Of a DNA stretch of 64,000 nt, positions 38,062-48,346 are shown in pieces. A program made the translations under genes and the position numbers. The notes under the pieces were generated by a model. The model did no database searches, had not been told where the DNA came from, and saw only the letters and a list, made by a program, of their open reading frames with translations. The stretch covers positions 160,001 to 224,000 of the forward strand of contig CAZLEV010000005.1 of NCBI GenBank assembly GCA_964558645.1. Direction: 5' to 3'. Within the stretch, counting starts at the first letter, position 1, and each line of letters starts with the position of its first letter. The stretch is from an uncultured archaeon (lineage in GTDB: Archaea; Asgardarchaeota; Thorarchaeia; Thorarchaeales; Thorarchaeaceae).

Positions 38062-38766
38062 CTACATCTCCTTTCCAATCAAGACAGTACCAGACTCCAT
38101 CTCGCGAACTTCAATTCCCACATTGGTGGGATGTAGTGAAAGAGAAGCTCCCAGAGCAAACTGCTCCAAAAGAGATGTCATCGGGTCCAAGTATACATCA
38201 AACTCCGGAAGGACGGCAATTCCTGCACCGAGGGTTCTATGAGCGGCACGTTCGGCCTCCACAGTGAACTCCACCCAGAAAGGACCCTCAGGAAACGGGC
38301 CAATCTGGTGAGCAAGAAGAGATTCAGCCTCATCACGAATCGTGTCCGGGTCTGTAACGTTCATCAAGTCGATGAGTTGCACTTGCCCTCTGAATCGGTC
38401 TATTGCCTCCATTGGAATGTTCTCAATATAGGGGATTGCACCCGGCGCATTCAGAATCTTTCGATTGTCGTGGCTGACACCATATTGATGGAGACAGCTC
38501 AATGATGCACCCGTCCTATGTCCCGGTACTTCTGGACCACAGAGAATGAGATATCGGATGTTTGGATTCGAGATGATATTGACGACCACACGCTCAATGC
38601 CAATATTCTCGGTCTTGCATGTCCCGATTATGGCATACCTGCTGTTGACTTCAATCTTCTTCCCCAGAGTGCATATGGCAACACTCAGCGATGGATCACC
38701 TACTTCAAAATCTCCAGCAACAACAGGCCAATCTCGAGTGTTTTGTTCACCAGACATCTTCTTCAC
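38062..38766 (-). CDS. mtrA: Soluble MtrA corrinoid protein (no TM anchor) with MtrB-like C-terminal segment
   Basis: WP.V.GD..VGDP, KTENIGIE, NIISNPNIR, EVPGH (Co ligand), GAIPYIEN; no hydrophobic C-terminal helix. Confidence 0.92.
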   Translation of the reverse strand: MKKMSGEQNTRDWPVVAGDFEVGDPSLSVAICTLGKKIEVNSRYAIIGTCKTENIGIERVVVNIISNPNIRYLILCGPEVPGHRTGASLSCLHQYGVSHDNRKILNAPGAIPYIENIPMEAIDRFRGQVQLIDLMNVTDPDTIRDEAESLLAHQIGPFPEGPFWVEFTVEAERAAHRTLGAGIAVLPEFDVYLDPMTSLLEQFALGASLSLHPTNVGIEVREMESGTVLIGKEM

Positions 38767-38768
38767 CT

Positions 38769-39686
38769 TTAGGTGTACGTTGGGGGATCAAACAGCTCTG
38801 CATCGCGTCCAAGAGTCCGACTGGCCTCAGCAACAGCTGTTGCCAGTGCGTTCCCAATCAATGCAACAGCTGCATATACTTCCTTTGTACGGACCATTGA
38901 CCCATACATTATGCAGTCAGTAGCAAACAGCTGGGCTGCAACGGTTGATGCAACAACCGTAGAGAGATGAGTAATCTCATCATCTAAGCCCTCTTGGCGT
39001 ATGAACTTCCAAGCCGATGGCGCATTGTGGGGACCAAGACAGGTGGGGAGGCCTAGCTCGGACTTGATGGCAAGAATTGTCCTGTACTCAAGACCGTATC
39101 CTGCACCGACTGGTAGAGTTGCGGGATCCACCAACACTTTCTCAACGGCCATTGAGTGGGAGTCTTCGAGCATCTTCTTGACGGTGTCCATTCGGTCGGA
39201 TAAGTTGGTTGCACGTGGAGACCAACCCAGAACAACAGCCATGTTCAACGAGCTCTCTCGAAGCAACGCTTTCTCATCATCCTTCATCGAGAGATTGATT
39301 GAGTTGTAGATTGCTCGATCAGAGAGACCGGTCTCATCACAGTATTCAATTCCGCGTTTTCGGGCTTTCGCACTGGTAGACTCGAACATAAAGGGGCCCT
39401 CGAAGGAATCAGCAAGCCAAGAGATGTGCTTCTCCATCGCCTCAGGTGTCCGCCCGAATGCCTGAATCACGAGGGGATGACCCGTTCGTTCCTCCATTTC
39501 CACGCCGGTGGCAATCCAGTCAGAGGCCAGTTCCTCATTAAACAATCCCTGTTTCGTGTTCTCCACAATTGGCTGCCCCTTGAAAAAGAGACCACCTATG
39601 AGGACGGTGGGGTTCTCTCCGGGCTGACCGCCTATGGTCACACCGCCGAAATCGTATGATACCTGGTTCTTCTTGAACACGAACAT
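38769..39686 (-). CDS. mtrH: Second, divergent MtrH paralog
   Basis: MFVFKKNQ, GGQPGENPTVL, RAIYNSIN, HNAPSAW; PFMFES replaces PFLIDS; ATG 39686 after ggtga. Confidence 0.88.
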   Translation of the reverse strand: MFVFKKNQVSYDFGGVTIGGQPGENPTVLIGGLFFKGQPIVENTKQGLFNEELASDWIATGVEMEERTGHPLVIQAFGRTPEAMEKHISWLADSFEGPFMFESTSAKARKRGIEYCDETGLSDRAIYNSINLSMKDDEKALLRESSLNMAVVLGWSPRATNLSDRMDTVKKMLEDSHSMAVEKVLVDPATLPVGAGYGLEYRTILAIKSELGLPTCLGPHNAPSAWKFIRQEGLDDEITHLSTVVASTVAAQLFATDCIMYGSMVRTKEVYAAVALIGNALATAVAEASRTLGRDAELFDPPTYT

Positions 39687-39696
39687 AACGACTCTT

Positions 39697-40671
39697 TCAC
39701 CTAGGTCTTGGGTAGAGGCCTGCACCTTTAACTAGTTCGGGGATTGCGCTCTCCCAGCCCACGCCCATGATATGAATCCCATCCACTCCGTTTATCTTAC
39801 GAATGTTTTCGATTGTTTCTGAGGCCATAAGGAGTCCCTCTGCTCTAACAGCTTCGCGCTTGTCAGCACCCTTTAGACCTCTCCCTGCCTCATCAAGCCG
39901 GGAAATCATAGAATCGGGAATCTTAATGCCAGGAATGCGCTTGTTCATGAATCTGGCCATCTTAGGACCCTTCAGAGGGATGATTCCAGCTAGGACTCCA
40001 GCATCAAGTCCTTCGATGCCCTTCATAAACTCCTGCAGACGGCTTGTATCATAGATGGCCTGGGTCTGAAAGAACCTAGCCCCCGCTGCCTGTTTCTTCT
40101 CAGTCCGCCAGATATGCATCTCAAGGGGATCAGCATAGGGATTGAAAGTAGCTCCGATGAAGAATGTTGGAGTCCCCTCCAGTTCTTGCCCGGAGAGGTC
40201 TGTTCCGTGCATAAGATGCTTGGTAACCTGTAGCGCTTGGATAGAGTCCATGTCAAAGACCATCTTTGCCTCTGGATGGGATCCGAGCAGAGTATGATCG
40301 CCTGTGATGAACATGAGATTACGCACGCCGAGCGCGTAGGCGCCATAGAGCTCGCTCTCAAACAGGATTCGGTTCCTGTCTCTCGCAGACATCTGCATTA
40401 TGGGCTCGGCCCCAGCCTGAAGAATGAAATGGGCACAGACCATGCTGCTCATTGTCGGTATACCCCGAACGTTATCAGTGATGTTGATTGCATCACAGTA
40501 TTCAGCAACCAGATGGGTGTGCTCACGGATTATGTTGGCGTCGGAACCATGAGGAGGTGTGATCTCACCTGTTACAACGAACTCATTGTTCTCAAGTAGG
40601 GAATCTAGATGACTGATTGGCAGGTTTGATTTCTCCAGATTATTTGCTTGCACCAGAGCGACTCTCTCCAC
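39697..40671 (-). CDS. metF: 5,10-methylenetetrahydrofolate reductase MetF
   Basis: GEITPP, NITDN, RDRNRI, ITGDH, K..AGARFFQTQ, GIHIM. Confidence 0.92.
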   Translation of the reverse strand: MERVALVQANNLEKSNLPISHLDSLLENNEFVVTGEITPPHGSDANIIREHTHLVAEYCDAINITDNVRGIPTMSSMVCAHFILQAGAEPIMQMSARDRNRILFESELYGAYALGVRNLMFITGDHTLLGSHPEAKMVFDMDSIQALQVTKHLMHGTDLSGQELEGTPTFFIGATFNPYADPLEMHIWRTEKKQAAGARFFQTQAIYDTSRLQEFMKGIEGLDAGVLAGIIPLKGPKMARFMNKRIPGIKIPDSMISRLDEAGRGLKGADKREAVRAEGLLMASETIENIRKINGVDGIHIMGVGWESAIPELVKGAGLYPRPR

Positions 40672-40750
40672 CCTTATTTCATTTCCGAGCCCAAGAGATG
40701 TCAGTCACCATGTCGTACGCACGCTTCTAAGATGCAGCGCAGGACGATGT

Positions 40751-41410
40751 CTAGAAGAAAGCTCCGTGTTCAAGCTTTCGAGGACCGCGAGCAAGGCTCC
40801 AGTCCTTGAGGGCCCAAATCTTCTTGATATTCTCTTCTTTCCCGAGAGCCTTGAGGCGGTCGTATATCAACTGCCATACACACTCAGTATCTTCATCTCT
40901 CTCGCACATACCATCCATTGAACCACCACACGGACCATTCAAGATGCCCTTGGCACAGCGCGCGATGGGGCAGATGCCCCCTGTAAGATCAAGGATGCAT
41001 TCTCCACACATGACACACTGCTCATGATGGTGAAATCTCTCGGGCATGTTTCCAAGAAACTCAGAGTCAGTTGCAGGGAACGATTCTTTCTCAGAATGCA
41101 GCTGAGTTAGTGTCTGGGTAGCAACGCCGCATGCTTGAACAAGGAAGGCATCGGCCTTCTCAACAATCTCTTTGTTCGCTTCGAGTTCTTGCTTGAACGC
41201 ATTGATATCACACATTCCGCCCTCAACGAAGACGTATCCAAGCACCTCCTTGCCATTCTCTTCAAGGAAGTCACCCATGTCCTCAAGCTGAAGGATGCCC
41301 CCAACGTCACACATCTGTGCGCAGCCAGAGTCTCCAAACAGGACAATGCGATGTTTCCCTTCTAGCATCTCGAGAATCTTCTCGGGCGATTTCAGTTCCA
41401 TGACAATCAA
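40751..41410 (-). CDS. metV: MetV (Fe-S/Zn partner subunit of MetF)
   Basis: GCAQMC..GG, ACGV.TQ, C.MCGEC.L..TGGICPI.RCAKG.LNGPCGG...CE...CVW; likely TTG start 41410. Confidence 0.9.
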   Translation of the reverse strand: MIVMELKSPEKILEMLEGKHRIVLFGDSGCAQMCDVGGILQLEDMGDFLEENGKEVLGYVFVEGGMCDINAFKQELEANKEIVEKADAFLVQACGVATQTLTQLHSEKESFPATDSEFLGNMPERFHHHEQCVMCGECILDLTGGICPIARCAKGILNGPCGGSMDGMCERDEDTECVWQLIYDRLKALGKEENIKKIWALKDWSLARGPRKLEHGAFF

Positions 41411-41477
41411 GCAGCAATTCACCCAGTTTGTGGAGCGCAGAAACGACTAAAAGCTATTGCCTGACTGCATTCCTGTT

Positions 41478-42782
41478 TCATTCACTAGGCACAAATCGCT
41501 CCATTCTCTTGAGAGCGCCTTCAGGCAGCATCGTGAACAAGCGTTGGACAGTATCATAGCTGAGACGTGCTTCCACAGTGATTACATTCTCGCCAAATTC
41601 TTCTTTCTCCACATGACCGTTATCGTGCAACCAGGACAGCATTGCCATTCCCGATGACTCGTAGGGAATAGTGACATGGTATCTGTGAAGGACCGGTAAA
41701 CTGCGTCTGACTTCAAGAATCAGTTCTTCAAGGTTCGTTTCTTCCTTTGCGGATATTGGAACAACAGCACGCCCGATATCTTGCAGCATAGTCATCCGTT
41801 CACGTACAGAGATGTCCTCCACAAGGTCAATCTTATTCAGGGCCACTACCAGAGGAATGCCATTCACCCCAATCTCCTTGAAAGTGTCAATACAGGCGCC
41901 GACCTTCCGATTCATCTCATAGACCGAGTCACTGGCATCCACCACCAGAACGATGACGTCAGCGTTCCCAATCTCCATGAGAGTAGTATTGAAGGCATCA
42001 AGAAGCTCAGGTGGGAGATCACTGATGAAACCTACAGAGTCGCTTACCACGACCTGTCGGCCAGGAATGTCAAGGCGCCGGGTCTTCGTTGATAGCGTTG
42101 TGAATAGCTGGTCGGCGACCTTTACCTCGGAACCTGTAAGAGTGCGGTGCAGAGTGCTCTTTCCTGCATTGGTATAGCCTGTCAGAGTCACTTCCAAGAA
42201 GCCGACCTTCGACCTTCTCTTTCGTTTCAATTCCTGAATATCGGATATCTTTTCTAGTTTGGAACGAATGGTGGCAATGCGTCTACGAAGTTCCATGGTT
42301 CGGATATTCAGCAGGTCTTCTCCTGCACCCACTTGTTCTCCCACAGGTCGGGCACCAGTGTGTTCACTCTGAAGTTGTATGCGTAGCTGATGTCGGATAA
42401 AGGGGAGCTCATACTCAAGTCGCGCTTGTTCAATCTGCAGCTTGGCCTGGGGTGTCCTTGCGTGCTTACCGAATATCTCGAGTATCAGCTGGTTTCTATC
42501 ACGAACCTCAACATCCCATTTCTCCATGAGGCGATACATCTGACTGGACTTCAATTTGGGGGAGAAGAGTACAACATCAGGTTTGCTGATATCAATATGA
42601 GTTGCAATCTCTTCGACCTTGCCCGATGATATGGCAAAACGAGCCGATTTCGGACCCACAATATCCATTGCCTCGACCACAGTATAACCCGCGGTCTCAG
42701 CTAGTGCCTGGAATTCATCCAGAAGATCATGTTCGCCGTATTCTCGGCTCTGAACCAGGAGAGCTCTCAGGGATTCCATCAT
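41478..42782 (-). CDS. hflX: GTPase HflX
   Basis: DR.QLILEIF..HART..AKLQIE.A.L.YELP, GYTNAGKST, LFTTL, DSVGFI, NKID. Confidence 0.95.
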   Translation of the reverse strand: MMESLRALLVQSREYGEHDLLDEFQALAETAGYTVVEAMDIVGPKSARFAISSGKVEEIATHIDISKPDVVLFSPKLKSSQMYRLMEKWDVEVRDRNQLILEIFGKHARTPQAKLQIEQARLEYELPFIRHQLRIQLQSEHTGARPVGEQVGAGEDLLNIRTMELRRRIATIRSKLEKISDIQELKRKRRSKVGFLEVTLTGYTNAGKSTLHRTLTGSEVKVADQLFTTLSTKTRRLDIPGRQVVVSDSVGFISDLPPELLDAFNTTLMEIGNADVIVLVVDASDSVYEMNRKVGACIDTFKEIGVNGIPLVVALNKIDLVEDISVRERMTMLQDIGRAVVPISAKEETNLEELILEVRRSLPVLHRYHVTIPYESSGMAMLSWLHDNGHVEKEEFGENVITVEARLSYDTVQRLFTMLPEGALKRMERFVPSE

Positions 42783-42884
42783 GCAATGTCAAAAGCCAAG
42801 TGTCTTAAACGGTTTGATTCGTGAATTGACCCAACAATGGCCAGCAGTTGCTTTGTATCGCATTGAAGAACTAGGGTTGGTATA

Positions 42885-44918
42885 ATGGAACACTTTGAGA
42901 TAAAGAACAAGGACTTTCTTGCAAGGTTGGGCAGATTCTCAACAAGGCACGGGGATGTTGACACACCACTTCTCATGCCCGTTATCCATCCGGGTAGATC
43001 CGAGATCAGGCCGCGACAGCTAAGAGAGCAGTTTGGCTACCAGATGGTTATCACTAATTCATACATCATCAAGTCAAAGCAGGAATTCCGCGAGCGAGCC
43101 CTTCAGGAGGGAGTCCATGGCCTGCTGGACTTCGATGGGCCAATAATGACTGACTCTGGTACATTCCAGATGTACTTCCATGGGCTGCCGGAGGGAGAGA
43201 TCGATCCCTTGGACATAGTGCGGTTCCAAAGGGAGATTGGCAGTGACGTTGGGACCATTCTTGATGTGTTTTCTGAACCTGATGCGGGGAAGATGAGGGT
43301 TGAAGGGGATGTAAATACGTCGCTAGAGAGAGCTAGAAAATCCGTAGCGGAGAAGGGCGACATGTACTTAGCAGGTACTGTCCAAGGCGGAGTCTACGAA
43401 GACCTGAGGAGGAGGGCTGCACATGAAATGGCCGCCTTAGATATCGAGATTCACCCGATAGGGGGTGTTGTTCCGCTGATGGAACGATATAGATTTGCTG
43501 ATGTCATCAGAGCAACTCTTGCTGCGAAGAGTCGACTTCCCCCGAATAGGCCAATACATCTCTTTGGATGTGGGCATCCGATGTTCATGGCCATCGCAGC
43601 CTTAGCCGGATGTGATTTCTTCGATTCGGCCTCCTATGCAAAGTTCGCCGATGCCGGCAGAGTTCTGTTACCAACGGGCACAGTGCATCTGGAGAACCTG
43701 CGTGAACTGCCCTGCGATTGCCCGGTGTGTAGTGGAACCACTGCAGATGATTTGAAACAATTGCCGGAGAAAGAACGTGTGACGGCCCTCATGCGCCACA
43801 ACCTTTACGTGACGGCATCTGAGATGCGACGAATACGTCAGTATATCGTTGACGGAAAGCTCATCGAGTTGGCTTCGGCCCGAGCCCGAGGTCATCCTAC
43901 CCTTCAGGAGGCCCTTCAAGTCATCATAAACAGTCAGGCAATGCTTGAAGAGAATGACCCTGTTGGGAAGGGCGCGTCTATCTTCTACACTGGCCCCGAA
44001 ACAGCAATCCACCCGGCCTTTGTCAGACAGCATCTTAGAATCATGAGACGGTATCCCTATTGGACCACAGATACACTGCTTCTTGTCCCCCATTTGGGAG
44101 ATCGCCCCTTTTCTGATACAACAGGGCAGATAGCCGATGCTGTTCGAGCGGTTGCCCCAGAGCGTGCCATCCTAGTCTACGTAACACCCTTCGGTGTGGT
44201 GCCACTGGAGCTTGAGCATGCATATCCTGCCCAACAGACCCTATTCCCAACAACAATCGACGCCTATACGGTAGATACAGCCAAAGCGCGGGTACTAGAA
44301 CTAGTAGAGAAGATGCGATTCAGGAAGGCATACTGGTTCCTGAGGGATGTATATACAAGCACGTTTCTCTCAGCAGTCACTCCTGTCATCGACATCGAAA
44401 CTCTTGACAGCGCAACCGCCGTGGCCGAAGTCATTCCGAGGGAAGACGAGAAGAAGGAGGATGCTTTGAGAAAACTCCGTGCACTCTTCGCCTATCAATG
44501 GGAAATCGATGTTTCGGACACCTTCCTGAAGAGTTTGGAGGTCGTTTACTCAAGGTCAACGGGAAAGATACGCCATCTTAAGCGCGAGGGAGATATTCTC
44601 TTCACCGTCGTGCCAACAACAGGGATGCTTACCCCCACATTCGAAGGGGGCCTCGAACTTCTTGTTCAGGACATCCCGGGAGAGTATATCGTCACAATGG
44701 AGGAAGAAGCCTCGATGTTTGTTGCTGCAGGGAAGTCCGCATTGGCCAAGTTCGTGACAAACGCAAGCCACACACTGCGGGCAGGCGAAGAAACTCTCAT
44801 TGTTGACCCAGCAGGAGATCTTGTCGGAGTGGGGAAGGCAATCCTGAATGGCCGCGAAATGCTGGCATTCGATAGAGGCGTAGCAGTGATGACTAGGCAC
44901 TCGAAGAAGCGCGGCTAG
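42885..44918 (+). CDS. tgtA: tRNA-guanine(15) transglycosylase (archaeosine) with PUA domain
   Basis: TPLLMPV, MTDSGTFQ, VQGG, HLFGCGHP, DFFDSA, CDCPVC...HN Zn site, C-terminal PUA. Confidence 0.95.
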   Translation: MEHFEIKNKDFLARLGRFSTRHGDVDTPLLMPVIHPGRSEIRPRQLREQFGYQMVITNSYIIKSKQEFRERALQEGVHGLLDFDGPIMTDSGTFQMYFHGLPEGEIDPLDIVRFQREIGSDVGTILDVFSEPDAGKMRVEGDVNTSLERARKSVAEKGDMYLAGTVQGGVYEDLRRRAAHEMAALDIEIHPIGGVVPLMERYRFADVIRATLAAKSRLPPNRPIHLFGCGHPMFMAIAALAGCDFFDSASYAKFADAGRVLLPTGTVHLENLRELPCDCPVCSGTTADDLKQLPEKERVTALMRHNLYVTASEMRRIRQYIVDGKLIELASARARGHPTLQEALQVIINSQAMLEENDPVGKGASIFYTGPETAIHPAFVRQHLRIMRRYPYWTTDTLLLVPHLGDRPFSDTTGQIADAVRAVAPERAILVYVTPFGVVPLELEHAYPAQQTLFPTTIDAYTVDTAKARVLELVEKMRFRKAYWFLRDVYTSTFLSAVTPVIDIETLDSATAVAEVIPREDEKKEDALRKLRALFAYQWEIDVSDTFLKSLEVVYSRSTGKIRHLKREGDILFTVVPTTGMLTPTFEGGLELLVQDIPGEYIVTMEEEASMFVAAGKSALAKFVTNASHTLRAGEETLIVDPAGDLVGVGKAILNGREMLAFDRGVAVMTRHSKKRG

Positions 44919-46056
44919 TCGGCGCCGGTGCTTGGAAGAGGGGATGACCGGGAACCTTCCGAAGAGCCTCCACACCACCGACAGGAAGTATCATGACTTC
45001 GGGACGGGGCGCATAGAGACGAAGCTCCTGCCCGCCCTCAATATCTGATTCTGGGGGCAATAGAGCCTGTGCGGAGATGTCACCCACATTGAAATAGATC
45101 TCAAGGGAGTTCCCGACAAATATCGTTCGTTCAACTTCGCCCACAATCATGTTGTCCCTCGGATCGGTCTTCTCCAGATGCAAGTCCTCAGGGCGAATGG
45201 CGCACTTCACAATCTCTCCTTTCTCGAATGGATAGTCCGGGATTGTGCTCTTACCAGCGATGGTCTGCCCTTTGGGAATAGCGACTTCTATGTAATCTGA
45301 GAGTGATGTTATCTCTCCATCAACAAAGGTACACTGACCGATGAAATCTGCTACAAAGACAGTCTGAGGATATGAGTATATCTCCCTGGGGGGGCCAAAC
45401 TGCTGAATGTATCCGTGGTCCATCACAGCCAGTTTGTCCGATATGCTCAATGCCTCGTGCTGGTCATGAGTGACATAGACGGTAGTGATGCCCAGCTCCC
45501 TTTGTATCCGGATGATTTCTTCACGCATCTCAACACGCAGCTTGGCGTCCAGATTTGACAGAGGTTCATCCAACAGCAAGACATCAGGTTCGATGACCAA
45601 GGCTCTCGCAAGCGCAACACGTTGCTGCTGGCCTCCAGACAGCTGATGAATATGTCTCCTCTCAAGACCCTCCAGACGCACAAGCCTCAAGACCTCTCTG
45701 ACACGTTTATCAATGGCCGCTTTGGTGTATTTCATCCCTTTGACACGCTTCAGTTTCAGACCGTATGCAATATTCCCATATACATCCATGTGAGGCCAAA
45801 GAGCATAATTCTGGAAACACATTCCGGTATTGCGTTTGTGAGGGGGTACATCTGTTACGTCCCTATTATCGAAGTATACGTGACCTCGATCAGGTTTGTA
45901 GAAACCAGCAATCAGGCGCAACAGAGTTGTCTTTCCACATCCCGAGGGCCCGAGGAGAGTAGAGAGCTCTCCTTCTTCCAGTATCATGTTCACTTCATCA
46001 GTAGCAACGATTTCACCGAATGTCTTTCGGAGGTTTTCTAGTCGAATTTCTACCAT
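44893..46056 (-). CDS. ABC importer ATP-binding subunit (FbpC/PotA type) with TOBE domains
   Basis: GPSGCGKT, FQNYALWPH, LSGGQQQR, DEPLSNLD, VTHD; start moved to MVEIRL. Confidence 0.92.
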   Translation of the reverse strand: MVEIRLENLRKTFGEIVATDEVNMILEEGELSTLLGPSGCGKTTLLRLIAGFYKPDRGHVYFDNRDVTDVPPHKRNTGMCFQNYALWPHMDVYGNIAYGLKLKRVKGMKYTKAAIDKRVREVLRLVRLEGLERRHIHQLSGGQQQRVALARALVIEPDVLLLDEPLSNLDAKLRVEMREEIIRIQRELGITTVYVTHDQHEALSISDKLAVMDHGYIQQFGPPREIYSYPQTVFVADFIGQCTFVDGEITSLSDYIEVAIPKGQTIAGKSTIPDYPFEKGEIVKCAIRPEDLHLEKTDPRDNMIVGEVERTIFVGNSLEIYFNVGDISAQALLPPESDIEGGQELRLYAPRPEVMILPVGGVEALRKVPGHPLFQAPAPTSRASSSA

Positions 46057-46066
46057 CCATAACACC

Positions 46067-48310
46067 TCATATACCTGTGATTGCCGAAGACCTAGCACCA
46101 AGGATTTTGTTTGTTATAGTAATAACAATCATTTGGAGTACCATCATGAGTACTCCTAGGCAAGCAGCATTGAAGTACCCACCATATTGACCCGTTGCAT
46201 TCAGCACCTCATTGGTCCAGAATGTCATAGGCGCCCAATTTCTTCCTACGCTGCCCAGTATCAGACTAGTACTAACCTCACTCACCGAATACACAAACGA
46301 GAGCAATGACCCTGCAAGTACACTCACACCAATCAGAGGCATCGTGATTCTGGCGAAAGTCTGGTTCTTGCTCGCACCCACGTTCATGGATGCCTCCTCC
46401 AGTGCAACAGGCGTTGATAGAAGCCCGGCGTATGCAGCCCTTACCGTGAACGGAAACTTGCGTATTGTATAAGACATTGTTATGAGAAACGCTGGAAACC
46501 CAGCTGGAAAGAAGGGACTACCATAGAAAAGCGTGAAGTAGCCCGTTGCAATGACAATTCCCGGAAGTGCAATAGGGGAGGTCACCAGTAAGTCCAGCCA
46601 GGTCTTACCTGGAACATCACGTCGTGCAATGAGGTATGCTGCACTTGTTCCGAGCAATACAATGAAGACTGTAGCAACGGCACCATAAAGCAAGGTTAGA
46701 TTGATTGACTGGGCAACATTGGTATACTGCCAGAGAACGGAGTAGTTATCCAACGTCCATGCTGTCGGAAGTGGAGAGTCGGTCGCCCAGTTACCTGCAA
46801 ACGAGAGAACAATCACACTGATCTGTGGTATCAGGGCCAGAAACAGCACCGGAATGAGAACAGCGTAGAGCAGGAAGCTCGTGGGAATACGAATGCGACT
46901 CTTGAGAATCCATTCGGGAAGCTTATCCCGATACTTCGAAATCCGAGATAGAGCAGTATGGAAAGCAAGAAGAGCAAACAGAAGAATGGTTGAAACATTG
47001 AACCCTGTGCGAAGGACGAGAACACCCTCGAAGAACCAGCCTAAGGCAAGAACGGCACCATTGACCGAGAGCCCTTGAGACTGGAGTCTCCTCGTTCGTG
47101 GATTCCACTGTCCGCCCTTTGAGCCAGAAGCGTAAGACCGGAGCGATGTGTATTTTCGAATCGCTAAGAAGCCAGTCAAGGCGAATATCAGGAGGAGAAT
47201 CCCAATCGCGGGTCCAGCAGGGTCTATCTGGCCGCTCTGGGTGGCAATACTCGCGAAGACCTGGTAGGCCAAAGTCTTCTGCGCCTGCTGATGCTCATAG
47301 TACACAATTGGTGTGCCGAGATCTTCAATACTGAGAATGAAGGTCAGGATTGCTCCAGCCTGAATGCCGGGCATGGCAAGAGGGAGTGTAACGGACCTGA
47401 AGAGCTTGAAGCCCGTGGCACCCAGATTCTCCGCTTGCTCTTCCAGTGATGGATCGATGCTCATGAAAGACGAATATGCATTGAGATATACAAGCGAAAA
47501 GAAAGAGAGCGACTGCACGAAGATAACTGCAGCAAGGCCTTGGAACTCGAAGCGAAATGGCGTCACACCAAGCATTGTGTAGAAGAGGTTGTTGAAGAAT
47601 CCTCTTGGCCCAAGGAAACGCTTGATGCCGATTGCACCAATGAAGGGAGTGGCGAGGATTGGAAATATCAAAGCAGTTCGAACGATAGATTTGCCCGGAA
47701 ACTCATACCTGGCGATGATAAATGCGAAGAAGACGCCGATGACTACGGAGAAGGCTGTTACCACCAAGGCAACATATATCGAGTTGAGAACGGCTCCCAA
47801 ATCAACTCCACGGATGACCATCAGGTCGCCCGCAAAGAGAACTGTCCTGAGGTCGATATAGCTGTCCCACTGACCAGTATTGGAGTTCCATTGCCAAGGC
47901 CAGAAGTTCGAGTCCGAGAACAGATTGGAGATGTGGAATAGAGAGGGGAGTCCAGTGTTTGGGTCAACCAAGGAGAACGCCACCACACTCACGAGAGGTG
48001 CTATCAGAAAGAGACCGAAGACAATGATGACTGCAGCTAGCTGCAGTGCTGAGAGGGCATCCAGTTCCTCCCTCAGCTTCGTATAGGTCTTCCGAATACT
48101 TCCCAAGGGATCTCTGGCAAAGGAGAGCAGAGCGTGTCCGCTATTCCTGATGAAGGCAACAACCTGACGGCCAAATGTCAGACTGCGACTCTTGATTCCA
48201 CCAGGAATCCTCTTGACTCCTGATACAATCTGGTCGGTCACTCTTACTGACTCGAGTTCTTCACTCTCTTCAAGAGGTCTCTCGTCCTCTTTGCTCTCCT
48301 GCAGTGCCAT
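46067..48310 (-). CDS. ABC importer permease, fused two-domain (FbpB/ThiP type)
   Basis: Two EAA-type loops (SLEEQAENLGA; LEEASMNVGA), more than 12 TM helices. Confidence 0.9.
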   Translation of the reverse strand: MALQESKEDERPLEESEELESVRVTDQIVSGVKRIPGGIKSRSLTFGRQVVAFIRNSGHALLSFARDPLGSIRKTYTKLREELDALSALQLAAVIIVFGLFLIAPLVSVVAFSLVDPNTGLPSLFHISNLFSDSNFWPWQWNSNTGQWDSYIDLRTVLFAGDLMVIRGVDLGAVLNSIYVALVVTAFSVVIGVFFAFIIARYEFPGKSIVRTALIFPILATPFIGAIGIKRFLGPRGFFNNLFYTMLGVTPFRFEFQGLAAVIFVQSLSFFSLVYLNAYSSFMSIDPSLEEQAENLGATGFKLFRSVTLPLAMPGIQAGAILTFILSIEDLGTPIVYYEHQQAQKTLAYQVFASIATQSGQIDPAGPAIGILLLIFALTGFLAIRKYTSLRSYASGSKGGQWNPRTRRLQSQGLSVNGAVLALGWFFEGVLVLRTGFNVSTILLFALLAFHTALSRISKYRDKLPEWILKSRIRIPTSFLLYAVLIPVLFLALIPQISVIVLSFAGNWATDSPLPTAWTLDNYSVLWQYTNVAQSINLTLLYGAVATVFIVLLGTSAAYLIARRDVPGKTWLDLLVTSPIALPGIVIATGYFTLFYGSPFFPAGFPAFLITMSYTIRKFPFTVRAAYAGLLSTPVALEEASMNVGASKNQTFARITMPLIGVSVLAGSLLSFVYSVSEVSTSLILGSVGRNWAPMTFWTNEVLNATGQYGGYFNAACLGVLMMVLQMIVITITNKILGARSSAITGI

Positions 48311-48346
48311 ATCGTTCTCCTCTGCGACTCGTTTCGATGTCTTCCA

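Noticed and set aside
35701-39686. Evidence of methanogenesis or Na+-pumping Mtr
   Set aside because: No mtrCDE or mcr in the window, and MtrA lacks a membrane anchor
44893-44918. Convergent overlap of tgtA and the ABC ATPase
   Set aside because: Short tail-to-tail overlaps are common in compact archaeal genomes
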